Source of the DNA: Octopus sinensis
Lineage: Eukaryota
Direction: 5' to 3'
DNA length: 64,000 nucleotides
NCBI RefSeq assembly: GCF_006345805.1
Contig: NC_042997.1
Location: 53,258,001 to 53,322,000 of the forward strand
Position 1 is the first letter of the stretch. Each line of letters begins with the position of its first letter. Made by a program: the position numbers and the translations under genes. A model generated the notes under the pieces. That model had not been told where the DNA came from. It worked only from the letters and a program-made list of their open reading frames with translations, and did not search any database. Of the stretch, positions 25,440-37,640 are shown piece by piece.

Positions 25440-25527
25440 TTTCGGCTGACGAGTACGAGCCATCTGTATTTACTGCATTTTTTGTAGCTTATTAAAGATG
25501 TCCTCGTACGAAACAATTGTACCGAGA
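25440..25527 (+). ncRNA. Type I hammerhead ribozyme with canonical core (Penelope-type)
   Basis: Helix I UUUCGG/CCGAGA, core CUGACGA (25446-25452), helix II GUACGAG/CUCGUAC plus CAUCU/AGAUG, GAAA (25510-25513), palindromic helix III ACAAUUGU, cleavage triplet GUA (25519-25521). Confidence 0.8.
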
Positions 25528-25555
25528 TTTTAATCCATTCTTGTTGCTTTTTTCC

Positions 25556-25666
<111 letters not shown>

Positions 25667-26059
25667 AGCGTCCGAATCATTGTCATTAGTGTTAAATCTA
25701 TCAATCCTTTATGAGAGAGAGAGAGAGAGAAATTTCTGTAGGAATTGTAATCAGTATGTAGAGGGATGGAACTAAAGATTCCAATATTTATTGCAACGCC
25801 TCTATAATTTTTACAAATCAGTCGTATCCAGAATATAGTTTTGTACATTAGCACACAACACATATTAAAAAGTGGAATACAGCCGATTAAATCGACGCCA
25901 GTACATGAAATTTTTTTTTAGTATATTCTTGGCACTTAGTACCATATATTACCATATTTCTGCCGACTGATTTTAGTCTTCTGAATGAACTACAAGCAGT
26001 CAGCACCTGTGGGAATTGAGTTCAGAACATAACGACGAACTAAGAATTAAGATAAATTT

Positions 26060-26310
26060 AGTCAGGTGCTCGACTATTTTGATATTCCGAGGTGAGCTGG
26101 TAAAACCGTTTACAACGCCAGAAATGTTCCTTGTATTTCCACCAGCTCTTTACGTTCTGAGTTCAAATCTCGGGAGGGTCAGCTTTACCTTTCATCCTTT
26201 CAGGGTCAATAAAATAAATTACTCGTCAAGTACTACAGTCGAAAGTATTACCTAGTCCCTTCCTCTCAAAACTGCTGACCTTGTGCCTAAATCAGAAACC
26301 ATTATCTCTC
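26060..26310 (+). mobile_element. Degenerate SINE (family B-related)
   Basis: GGTGAGCTGG head, CTGAGTTCAAATCTC B box, CTTTCATCCTTTCAGGGTCAATAAAATAA. Confidence 0.6.
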
Positions 26311-26643
26311 ATATGATATAAGAATATTTATAGGCTTTCTTTGTACGATACACTTTGTCTATAAAGTTTTCCAATTGAGAAACATTGTTGTATACTTTGG
26401 GGCACGATATACGAACCAATAGGATTATGTTTTCTTTCACAATAGTGTTTCTTTTGGTTCTTCTTTAAGTGTATTTATTTTGTGCATATAAACACAAATA
26501 AGTATTGTAACAGCCATGCCTTCCTCACAAGAATTAATGGTGTAAGCAAGTAAAATGGTTTCAACTGGATTTCGAAACATATTTGAGAATTAGGAATAGT
26601 TACATTTGATCTTTTATATATATATATATATATACTACATATA

Positions 26644-27046
26644 GGCGCAGGAGTGGCTGTGTGGTAAGTAGCTTGCTAACCAACCACATGGTTCCGGGTT
26701 CAGTCCCACTGCGTGACATCTTGGGCAAGTGTCTTCTGCTATATGCCTTGTGAGTGGATTTGGTAGACGGAAACTGAAAGAAGCCCGTCGTAAATATGTG
26801 TATATATATATATATGTATGTGTGTGTCTGTGTTTGTCCCCCTAGCATTGCTTGACAACCGATGCTGGTGTGTTTACGTCCCCGTCACTTAGCGGTTCGG
26901 CAAAAGAGACTGATAGAATAAGTACTGGGCTTACAAAAGAGTAAGTCCCGGGGTCGATTTGCTCGACTAAAGGTGGTGCTCCAGCATGGCCGCAGTCAAA
27001 TGACTGAAGCAAGTAAAAGAGTAAAAGAGTAAAAGAGTAAAAGAGT
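26644..27046 (+). mobile_element. SINE family A with (AAAAGAGT)n tail
   Basis: Full head, body and tail. Confidence 0.9.
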
Positions 27047-27099
27047 ATATAATTCAATTTCGTAGGCAAGACATTTTGGAAAATAGTTGGCAAACTATC

Positions 27100-28590
27100 T
27101 CGCCTCTCAACTTGAAATTAAGCCTTCTTGGGATAATTTACTATCTTTACAGAATTCCTAATTAAGAAGGTTCAACCAGCGGCTGAAAATTCCATAGTTG
27201 CTGCTTGCTTCGGTTTCAAGTCTACCCAGGATCCGCTCAACAAAATTCTTCTACAACTCTCCGTTTTCACGCCCCAGTTTCATAACTACGTTTACATAAT
27301 CGCCGATGGCGAAAACTCCTCGGCCCAACAAAGAAGTATCTACACAATCTTTCAACCTACATGAAATAGAGGTTAAATTTCCCTTTAGTCGAATTTCACC
27401 ATCTTAAAAATGAGAGGCACATAAGATAATGTAGTCTTAGATATACCATCTCTGAAAATGTCCAGGAATGTAAAAGTAGGAAAGTCTTTGATAATGAGTC
27501 TGCTCGATCAGGATTGGTTTGGGATAAACAACACATATTCCAATCGCTCCAACCCAATAAGGTGATTGGCCCCAGCATTCCTTTCAGCATCCTCAAACTG
27601 TGAACTCCAGATCCAGCTGCTACCGTCACGAAATTCTTTAATCACTGTTTCTCTTTCTACATGTGTTTATCTTATCTTTGGGAACACGCTATAATGTGTC
27701 CTTTCACTATTCCCTAACCCCCCCCCCCCAAACAGTCTTTCTGACTCTACAAACTACCAACATATTGTAACCACTGGCAACATCATGATTACGGTAACAA
27801 TTGTTAACAATCACCTTCTTTATTATCTTGAAATCACCATTCCTCCACAGTAACCAGCTTTACAGATTCCATGAATCCAAATCTACTGGAAACTTGCTTT
27901 CTTGTGTTACTCAATAGAGGTCATTCGTTCTTGAGAACTTCGGCGAAAGTAATGTCATTGTAATTGACACCACCGAAGCTTTTGACAATGTCTTAGCACC
28001 ACAAACATCCAATCATTACTCGTAACAAGAAAACAGTTTTGTATCTTACACTTTCTAGTTATAAGTAACGCGCTACAAAATCTTTCAACGTTGGTATAAT
28101 GTTAGACATCAGTTTCTAATCATCTGACATGGAAATCCCAAACAACGTAGTTCACAACTGCATTACAAAGATTCTGACTCCTGTTTAGAGCTAATATATT
28201 TCAGCCTTCTACAAAGATTAAGCACTACCCACACTGGAATACACACGCTAACATATCCCACAGTGAATCTAAAAGAACGTTATTCTGCTAATTGACAAAA
28301 ATTTCATCACTAACTCATTCCATCATTCACTAACTTACGCTTTTTCTTCTCTCTACTTCTTCAATCGCTACGACAATGGCTTCTATTCTGAATTAACTCG
28401 CTACATACCATATTATAAGCCCACTCGTCCTGCTTATCTTTTCTCCTTCTACCTACCTTAATATGTGCCATCTTGGTCTTGCACTAACCATTTCTCACAA
28501 TTACTACAACCATCTGGAATTCCCTTCCCTTACAAGTTTTCCTTACGGATTCTAGTCTACAGATTTTTAAGTAACATAAGCTGCATAAAT
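27100..28590 (+). mobile_element. Decayed CR1/L2-group LINE fragment
   Basis: GESNVIVIDTTEAFDNV (~27945), SSLYFFNRYDNGFYSEL (~28350), TIWNSLP (~28510); 5' boundary uncertain. Confidence 0.7.
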
Positions 28591-28700
28591 CTCAACAGTC
28601 TTGAAGAACCTGTAGAAGGCATTGGTATTGTTCGTTCTCCTCTATCTTGTAAAAGGAGTATAATTTATAGATGGACACAGAACATAATGACTACAATATT

Positions 28701-29256
28701 CGTTTCTACTCTAGGCACAAGGCCCGAAATTTTTGGAGAGAGGGCCAGTCGATTAGATCGGCTCCAGTACGCAACTGGTACTTAGTTTATCGAAAGGATG
28801 AAAGGCAAAGTCGACCTCGGCGGAATTTGAATTCAGAACGTAAAGATAGACGAAATACTGCTAAGCATTTCATCCGGTGTGCTAACGTTTTTTATTTCTT
28901 TATTACCCACAAGGGGCAAAACATAAAGGGGACAAACAAGGACCGACAAACGGATTAAGTCGATTATATCGACCCCAATGCGTAACTGGTGCTTAATTTA
29001 TCGACCCCGAAAGGATAAAAGGCAAAGTCGACCTCGGCAGAATTTGAACTCAGAACGTAACGGCAGACGAAATACCTATTTCTCTACTACCCACAGAGAG
29101 GACAAACAAGGACAGACAAACGGATTAAGTCGATTATATCGACCCCAGTGGTACTTATTTAATCGATCCCAAAAGGATGAAAGGCAAAGTCTACCTCGGC
29201 GGAATTTGAACTCAGAACGTAGCGGCGTGCTAACGTTTCTGCCAGCTCGCCGCCTT
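28701..29256 (-). mobile_element. Nested trio of family B SINEs
   Basis: Outer 17-bp TSD ATAATGACTACAATATT (28684-28700, 29257-29273); three successive SINE bodies. Confidence 0.88.
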
Positions 29257-29512
29257 ATAATGACTACAATATTGAAGGAATAATTGTTCTATAATTTTTA
29301 TTGCATAAAAAAAACATATATATATATATATACAAAACTCTAACACGCTTATAAATGTCTATAAATGTCGATGCAGAGTGCATCTGCGTTTGAGCGATAA
29401 TCCCGTGGACCCTATGTAGTTTTGGTGGCAGGCCGAGCATCTTATAACATAAATCAGGTTTTCTGAAGCACAAGTAAAGTCAGATTTGATTTTGAATTTT
29501 TGTCCCTCTTTG

Positions 29513-30250
29513 TATATGTGCACAGGACGTCACCAAAAGTAAACAACACGAAATATGAAAATAAATGAGTTCAATGCGCAAACAACGAGAGAGACAAATG
29601 GAAAACAGGACAAGTAACATAAAGAACGACCCATCATCAGTTGTCGGCTGTCTATCTACTCCTCATTTTGAGCATTGAACGACAATATGAGTCTTCGAAG
29701 ATAGTTGCTCCCACAAGTACCAAAATAAAATTTGGGATTTATGGAGGGCCAAAGTTGGGAACAAAAACAGGATAGTAGAGACATACAAGAAAACCGAACG
29801 CAAACAAACATGGAGGGTCGTTTACTCGAAATGAGTTTTCCATTTATTTCTCTCTCCTCTTCCTTCTTTACTCTCTCTTTCATTGCTCACACGTGACCAC
29901 CGTCCATCTATCTTTTCTTCACGTGATCATCTTTCTTTTCTTTCAGGGCTTGTCTTAAGGACTAGACGTATCGTATATCTCTCTCTTCTGTCTTTTCTCT
30001 TGTCAAAGAAAATATTTTTCCAGCCTCCGTGTTTGTTTTCGTTCGGTTTTCTTGTATGTCTCCACTGTCCTTTTTTGTTCCAAACTTTGACCCCCCATAA
30101 ATCCCAAATTTAATTTTGGTTCTTGTGGGAGCAACTGTCTCTATGTTACTTGTCCTGTTTTCCATTTGTTTCTTTCGTAGTTTGCGTATTGAACTCATTT
30201 GTTTTCGTATTTCATGTTGTTTACTTTTGGTGAGGTCCTGTACCCATATA
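29513..30250. repeat. Long foldback (inverted-repeat) element
   Basis: 29513-29817 is the reverse complement of 30023-30250 apart from a ~75-bp deletion in the right arm. Confidence 0.8.
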
Positions 30251-30351
30251 TGCATATATATATATATATATATGTCTATATATATTATTTATATTATTAT
30301 TTGATTGAACGCCACGCATCCATTTCCAAGTTATATATACATATATATATA

Positions 30352-30400
<49 letters not shown>

Positions 30401-30498
30401 TGTGTGTGTGTGTGTGTCCGTCCTTTTAACATATTAACATATATGTCCTTTTCACAGCATGCTATGTCAAAATTGACGTAAATAGCATTTATAAGTAA

Positions 30499-31341
30499 CT
30501 AGCAGAATTGCCCGGCGTTGCTCGGGGCTGAATTGCTTGAAAGTACTGTTAATGATTGCACTGAATTATGATGATTATTCAGGCAAATATTGATATAAGT
30601 TTACGGTGGGAGATAAGGACTTAACGATCAAACGTGTGCCATTGCATTGTTTTGGGGGAACCAAATTTCTGATGAGCATTATAGGGGCACCAACTTTAAG
30701 TTTGAGAAAGTGTGGTGGTAGTCCGGGGTGCTCAAAGGAATTGAGTACCTCTATTGGATAGTTGATGACGTCCTCTGGGTCAGGAGTTGTATCGATAGAC
30801 TGATATACATAGACTTCCCCAGGAATGAGTTTTAGCATTTCATCATTAATATGGTGAACAGTTTTATTCCTCGGGGCCAGTATAGCCTTTTTGCCAATCC
30901 AATCCATATTCTGATAATTAGCTTGTAGATCTGGGAACACTGCATCTCTGAGATCAGAAGGCGTCTTAACAATGGTACAAATGGAATCGATGGCAATATT
31001 ACCATTTTCATCCCCTGGTATTTTGCCTTCGCCAAGTGCAAGGAGGATGTGAGGAAATGCTGCTGATGTGATATTACGTCGCATATGAGCACGCATATTG
31101 GTGTGAAGTTTGAGAGTTACTTCCCTTTATTAAAAAAAAATGCATTAAAATGGAAAAAAATGATGGTAAATTATTTGTAAAATCATCGACTCATCGTAGA
31201 CGCGCGCTAATACCCAGAAGGGCTCGATATGAATCACGACTATAAGATACCCGGTTTTGGTTAAACTGCATCGCAAAATGTGGGGTAGTTAGGAATCTAA
31301 ATCGGAGTAGACAGACACACAACCTTTCTTTTATATATAAA
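30499..31341 (-). mobile_element. Deleted Helitron retaining a PIF1 helicase fragment (ORF 30575-31096)
   Basis: 3' hairpin plus CTAG|T at 30499. AILAPRN..IN, PGLPPHFLKLKVGAPIMLIRNL..CNGTRL are PIF1/Helitron helicase motifs. Confidence 0.92.
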
Positions 31342-32020
31342 TATTTTCGTCCTAAAAAACTTTGTATGGATTGAATGGTTACCTCTATGGAAATATATAC
31401 ACGCACATTATACATACATGTGTGTATAGATGAATATATAAATACATTTAAATATCTATATACACTTTTGGGCGATCTTTCTGTTTCTTAGAGATAACTT
31501 TAGATCTTATTTTCGTCCAAAAAAACTTTATATGGAGTGAATGGTTACCTCTATGGAAATATATACACACACATTATACATACATGTGTGTATAGATGAA
31601 TATATAAATACATTTATATATCTATATACACTTTTGGGCGATCTTTGTGCTACTTAGAGATAACTTTAGATCTTATTTTCGTCCTAAAAAACTTTGTGCG
31701 GAGTGAATGGTTACGTCTATAGAAATATATACACACACATTATACATACATCTGTGTATAGATGAATATATAAATACATTTAAATATCTATATACACTTT
31801 TGGGCGATCTTTCTGCTACTTGTATATACTTTAGATCTTATATTCGTCCTAAAAACTTTGTATGGAGTGAAAGGTTACCTCTATGGAAATATATACACAC
31901 ACATTATACATACATCTGTGTATAGATGAATATGTAAATACATTTAAATATCTATATACACTTTTGGTCGATCTTTCTGCTACTTGGATATAGGTCTTAT
32001 ATTCGTCGTAAAAAACTTTC
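31342..32020. repeat. ~166-bp tandem repeat, about 4.1 copies
   Basis: Units start at 31342, 31508, 31674, 31839 and 31998 (TATTTTCGTCCTAAAAAACTTTG..). Confidence 0.93.
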
Positions 32021-32465
32021 CTGTCACACACTCACGCACACGCACACACACACACACACGCACCCTCACACACACGCGCACACACTCACACACACGCACG
32101 TTAGCTTACAATTTTATTTATATATTTGCGTGTCTATGTGTGTAAAGAGGAAGTGGGAGGCAGAGTGAAAGAGTCACTCACTACAGAAAGTGAATTACTT
32201 TAATTTTATTCGTTGCACACTGTGTGTGTGCGTTTGCGTGTGGTGTAAACCACATTAAGAAAAGCATTTGACATACACACCAGAATGTGAGTTTTCTGTA
32301 AATTTTGCTTAATTGGAGTTTAAAATTTAAAAACTGGACCTGGCATGACCCGATGCATTCTACTCTTAAAAATGCTAGGTAAATTGTAATTGAAGAAATC
32401 CTATATTGTAGATTTCTATAACTGACAAAGGGAGGCAGATAAAATCTGCCTTTTATAATAAGAGA
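32021..32465 (-). mobile_element. Two further Helitron-type 5' ends
   Basis: ATATATAAATAAAATTGTAAGCTAACGTGCGTGTG (~32126) and A|TCTCTTATTATAAAAGGCAG (32465). Confidence 0.6.
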
Positions 32466-32533
32466 TAATAATTAGATTCCGTTGGAAAATCATCACATGA
32501 AAGAAAATCATATCCTACCTATTTAAGTTCATA

Positions 32534-33981
32534 CTAGCACTATGACCCGCCGTTGCCGGGTCTAGTGCTAGTGCTTGTTGTTCGTGGCCGAGTCGCAGTA
32601 AAAATTTCTCACTAAATCAAGAGCTAAGTGTCTTATCACATTTCAGCCCGGGCCAGTTTTGTTGTTTATGAGCTAGTTGGAACTTTTTATGAGAGTAATT
32701 GATATTCATTGGACTTCGGTTTTCACACCTGGAACGGCATAATCATGGAAAATTAGCGGGATTGTGCACATGCCATTAGTCGGACAAAAAAAGGAAGCAG
32801 AGAAAAGCGGAAAACTCGAATTTGGCCGCAAAATAGCATGATTTTGAAAATACACATAAATCTCGTTTATTGAGTTTTGGTTTCACACCCAACCCAGTTC
32901 TGCGCAATCAGTGTCGCGACGAGAACGCATGGGTTGGGAGTTTGACTGGCAGAGGTGATCAAGTTGCACATGCCAGCCCTTTTGACATCCCCCTCACCTA
33001 ACCCCCTCATCCTATGAGTGAATAGCAATGGTGGGAAGAAAAGTGCTGATTCCGGCGAAAAGGCAGAGCAATTAGAGCACAAAAAAATCATTCAAAGTGA
33101 TTTTATGAGTATGACGCATTGAAGCAAGTAACACAGTGAGGTCAATAGTTATAAGTTCATGACGCATAGAAGCACGTAAGACATCAAGGTTAACTAAGGT
33201 ATAAATAATAGGTATGCCTTTTCGCCGGAAGGCTAATTAGGCTCCCGATCCACTGAAATGGAGGAGGTTAGGTTCAGAACACAACTAAGCCTTCAACTAA
33301 AACCTAGACTAACCTTACGAAAGTGGGCTCGGGAGCCTCTAATAGGCATCTTCTAATCCCGATCTATCACTAACCCATCATAAGGGTTCTAAATGACATG
33401 GCTGTAGAGGAAATTGGCTGTGGAGATGTGCATAGTGGGTTTGTTCCGGAGGAGGACGACTGCATTGGATTAAGGACCATTGAAGAATGTAGCGTTGGCG
33501 AAACTTACCAAAACTTACCAACAGCCTTCACAAAAAGGGACCTAGCCCTTGAACCTAACTTAATAAACATCTGACAATGTGAGAATTGTTTTTGTTGAGG
33601 ATAGCATTGGTATACCAATGCATTTATAAATGCTTATCCAAAATCTCGTTGTAAACAACATTGCGGGTTTTACCCCCAGGGGCATATACAAACAGGCATT
33701 CCTACTTCCAACGCGGGAGCAGGCATCATAAAGTTGCTCATGCGAAAAGCAGGGCTCGCCAAGATGTATTCCCGCGAATGAGAGTGTCTGTCCCTGTGAT
33801 TTGTTAATTGATATCGCTTAATGGCTTTCTGGAGTGACTGGGGAAAATGAAAAGATCTTCACGATCACCCTCAGACAGTTTTGAAAGCCCATAGAAAATG
33901 CAAGCCTTTTCGTGAAAAACTGTGGATTTGTATAAAGGACACACAGACACACAGAGATTTTGCCGTTTATAGATATAGAGA
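32534..33981 (-). mobile_element. Non-autonomous Helitron, 1.45 kb
   Basis: 5' A|TCTCTATATCTATAAACGGC at 33981; 3' palindrome ending CTAG|T at 32534; first ~190 bp shared with 36289-36651. Confidence 0.85.
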
Positions 33982-36049
33982 TAGTAAAATTAATTCATTG
34001 CTAAATAAATGTTCTGCAGTAATTCTAGAAGTATATATTTTCCGTTCGTTTGGGAAACTCAGTTTTGAAACGGAAAGATGGATTATATTGCCAAGTGAAA
34101 CTAATTAAAAAGAATATAACTTTTTAAAAATATTCTTTTATTTTATATTACTCGAACAAGGTAAATGAATAGCTTATCATTTTAAATACTCGTCTTATGC
34201 AGAGCAAGTAAACGGAAACCTTAGTTTTATTATTATAATTCATATATAGAATACTTTACAGGAACATTTAATTGGTCGAAGACTTCACTAGTACTTATTT
34301 TATTTAATTCCAAAAGAGTTTTAACGTAAAGAGTCTTAACTCAGGTACTTTAGCGATTTTGTTCGACGGTCTAACGATTGTACCAATACCGTTTAATGTA
34401 TTCTGAATGATTATAAAACCGAAAAAATGTTTCTTTCATATTTCAATCAGTAATACAGTATATTTGAGAGTTTCGATGTTACACAATTTGACAATGATGG
34501 ATAGCTCGGATATAGTGCTGCAAACACTGAAAATTAGACGGTTTGATTTTATTAAATAGCACTGAATATTATCATTAAAAAGAGACAGGTTTCAAATACT
34601 TTCCATATATCTTGAAGTGCTAGCTTAAATCAATCCAGTAGAGAATAGTTCCATATTAAGACGACAAATTTAATTTGAATTCATGTGGTCTTGAAAAAGA
34701 TAATTTTTCTAATTTGTAAGCAATGATATTTTCATAGTTTGACGTGTGAGAAAGAAAACAATCCCTTGAAATATACAGCTTGCTTACATTGAGAATTTTA
34801 TATTTGAAATTTACTTTTGTTACGAAATATGAAACAGTTCAGAAAATGCTATGAAGGATATGAAGTAATTGACTGCCTTGATCGGAATGTATTTATTTGG
34901 ATTTAACGCAATTCATTAATTATAAACTATCTCTTTTTTCAAGTATTCATCGTAAAACTCATGTAAGGGTATTTTTTGTTATTTTATATTGAGAATGAAT
35001 GAAAAATGCTTTGGATTAAATCCTTTTGCAGAGTCTATTTCGATTTGCTAAATTTACCAAATTTGTCATATATCAAAGTTCGTGAAATTTCTTCCTTCAA
35101 TTTATTTTACTCGATATTTTCACTAAGGAGAAACTACTTCACTCAGCACGATTTAAAATTAATCCAAACTCTCCTTTTGCATCTACAGAATGGATGCACT
35201 GGTTGTGCAACATCAATAAGTTCATCATTTAAAGTAGATCCATAAATTATCAGATAAAAGCAGTCTGTTAGCAGAAATCTTCTAAGTTTAAAATCAATCT
35301 ATAGCTTTAATAATTCCCTTTAATAATTTGAAAAAGGAACAGCAATAAAATGCAATAATTCATTACCAAATGTGACGCATTAAATGTTGCAGTTACAGCT
35401 ACTTTTCGCGAATGAACTTTAGTTGTCTGTTGTTATTGTGATGGTAGAGACGACGGCGAATTGCAAGCAAGGTCAATAGATAGATTGAGAGAGAGAGAGT
35501 GAGAGAGAGAGAGAGAGTGAGAGAGAGAGAGAGTAAGGGAGATAGAGAGAGAAAGGGAGAGAGAGGGATAGAAAGACAGTAGAGAAAGTTGTGACAACTG
35601 CAAATTGAGGGGGTAACAGTGAAAGATGGAAGGAAAAGGAACAAAAGAGAAACGCCAATGAATCGACATACACGCGCACACACTTATACATACATACATA
35701 CATACTTTCTTTTTGTCTCTCACACACACATAAAAATACACATGCATACACACTGAGAACTGTAACGGTTTGTTGCATTGATGATGTTAGTAGGGTACTC
35801 GTGGGTTTTATAGCTAAAAAGTTGACACCGTATGTTTTAATGCATGCTCTTTAGGGTAAGCCATTGCCATAGCGCAACGTCGCCGCCACTTCCACCATTA
35901 ACATGACTACCAACAACAAACAGAAAACAAGCATCATCATTAGCACGATCACTACCATTTACCATTACCATCTCTTATTTTCTCTTGGTTTTCTCTTTCT
36001 CTGCCTTTCAACTCAGCCCTTGAAGCTGCTTCTCTGTAGGTGCCGCAAA

Positions 36050-37640
36050 AGGTGGGAACGTACCATTAATATACAAATAACCCTATCTGGTAGAAAAAGA
36101 TGCAAATCAACCATAGAAAAAGAAACGAGTGCAGTTATGGAATCTGTTCGGAAATGGATTCATGTTCTTGTTGGACGCAATTTCACTATCATCGCTGATG
36201 AACGTCCAATTATCTTCATCTTTGATATCAGAAATCGCACTCCAATAAATACCAAGATACAGGCATCTTTTTCTTACGCCATTAAATATCTCTCTATATA
36301 TAAACGGCAAAATGTCTGCGTGTGTGTCCTTTATACAAATCCACAATTTTTCAGTTAGAGGGCTCGCACTTTCTATGGTCATTTAAAACCGTCCAAGGGT
36401 GGTCGTGCACATCTTTACATTTTCCCAGTCACTCCGCAAGGCCATTAAAAAATCAATAGAAGTGATTTTTGGTGAATTTTCTATCCAAAACCCAATCAAA
36501 ATGCCCAAAACTTGATACGCCAATTGAATGCCAGCTAGCTGTATGTGATTGGTCGGAGATTTGGACAGTACTCGCGTGTATGTGTGCACGCACGCAGCTG
36601 TATATGCATGCACTAGCACTATGACCCGGCGTTGCCGGGTTATAGTGCTAGTTATTCCATAAAAGACAATATTGTGTCATATGCATTAATGCATGCTTTC
36701 TCTGCATCTGCTTTGGCAAATTATATGAAATACACGAAAGGCTGTGCCCACCAGAAATTATGAGAATGGTTCATTTTGTGCAATCTAAAAATCTTTTCTT
36801 TAGTGATAACGTTAAAAGAATTTTTTTTGTCGACTGCATATTGATCTTATGCCTCAATTGTTTCGTCTCTTAAAAATCCTTTTTGGTCAAATTTTCTTAA
36901 CCTATCAAGTGTCTTAGTGTTTGAATTGCTCTTCTCATCAATTGTATGCAGAACTTATACCTCAGTTCCTTTGTCCACTAGAAGGTACTTTAGTCACCAT
37001 TACTCAACCTATCTTAGAATTTCATTTCAAAGAGCCATTGGTATCTTCATTAATTCGCAAGTATTTCATTGTGGTCATTAATGAATTCTCAGTTTCATTT
37101 CGGAAAACCTAATCCAAGTATGAGTTTTGAAAAGTTTTCTAAAGAGTCGGTATCAAATATTCACGTTGAGTGGTACTAAATGATATATCCATTTTAATCG
37201 CGAAATACTGTTACTTGTAAAGAATGTAAAAGATAATTTAAGTAAATGGAGAGTTGCTACGTACAAAACTACACCCATATGGCAACGATCGATTTTAAGG
37301 ACACTATAAGATTATCTGGAAACCTGTTAAATTACTCTTTAAAACATAACCTCATTGATTCTCATCAAGAAGTACTGTTTCCTAAGGCGGTACTTCCTGA
37401 TGCACTATCCACAATAAGGTCCCTACTCCGCCTTGCTACAAAGTGTACAGTTTTTGAAAGTTTTAAATGGCGCCCTCCCAATAGCAACACATTAGCGGCT
37501 TGGTTTTCATCTGATAAAATTCTATTTAGCCTATTTATTCGACAGAACAATAATGATACATATGTTTATGAAACAGAATTAACTGAAGCAAATCCACAAT
37601 ATATATATGGTTTCCCAATTGTAGAAAAACAGTAGTATCA
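36050..37640 (+). mobile_element. Ty3/Gypsy pol relic (RNase H, integrase zinc-binding region, core), split by a Helitron
   Basis: STIEKETSAVMESVRKW..GRNFTIIADE; YEIHERLCPPEIMRMVHFV; FKEPLVSS..YFIVVINEFS; LPDALSTIRSLL..ELTEANPQY. Confidence 0.85.
36289..36651 (+). mobile_element. Non-autonomous Helitron, 363 bp
   Basis: A|TCTCTCTATATATAAACGGC start, terminal hairpin, CTAG|T end; A/T insertion site with no TSD. Confidence 0.92.

Noticed and set aside
31342-32020. Second possible repeat-spacer array
   Set aside because: Whole 166-bp units are repeated; there are no spacers.
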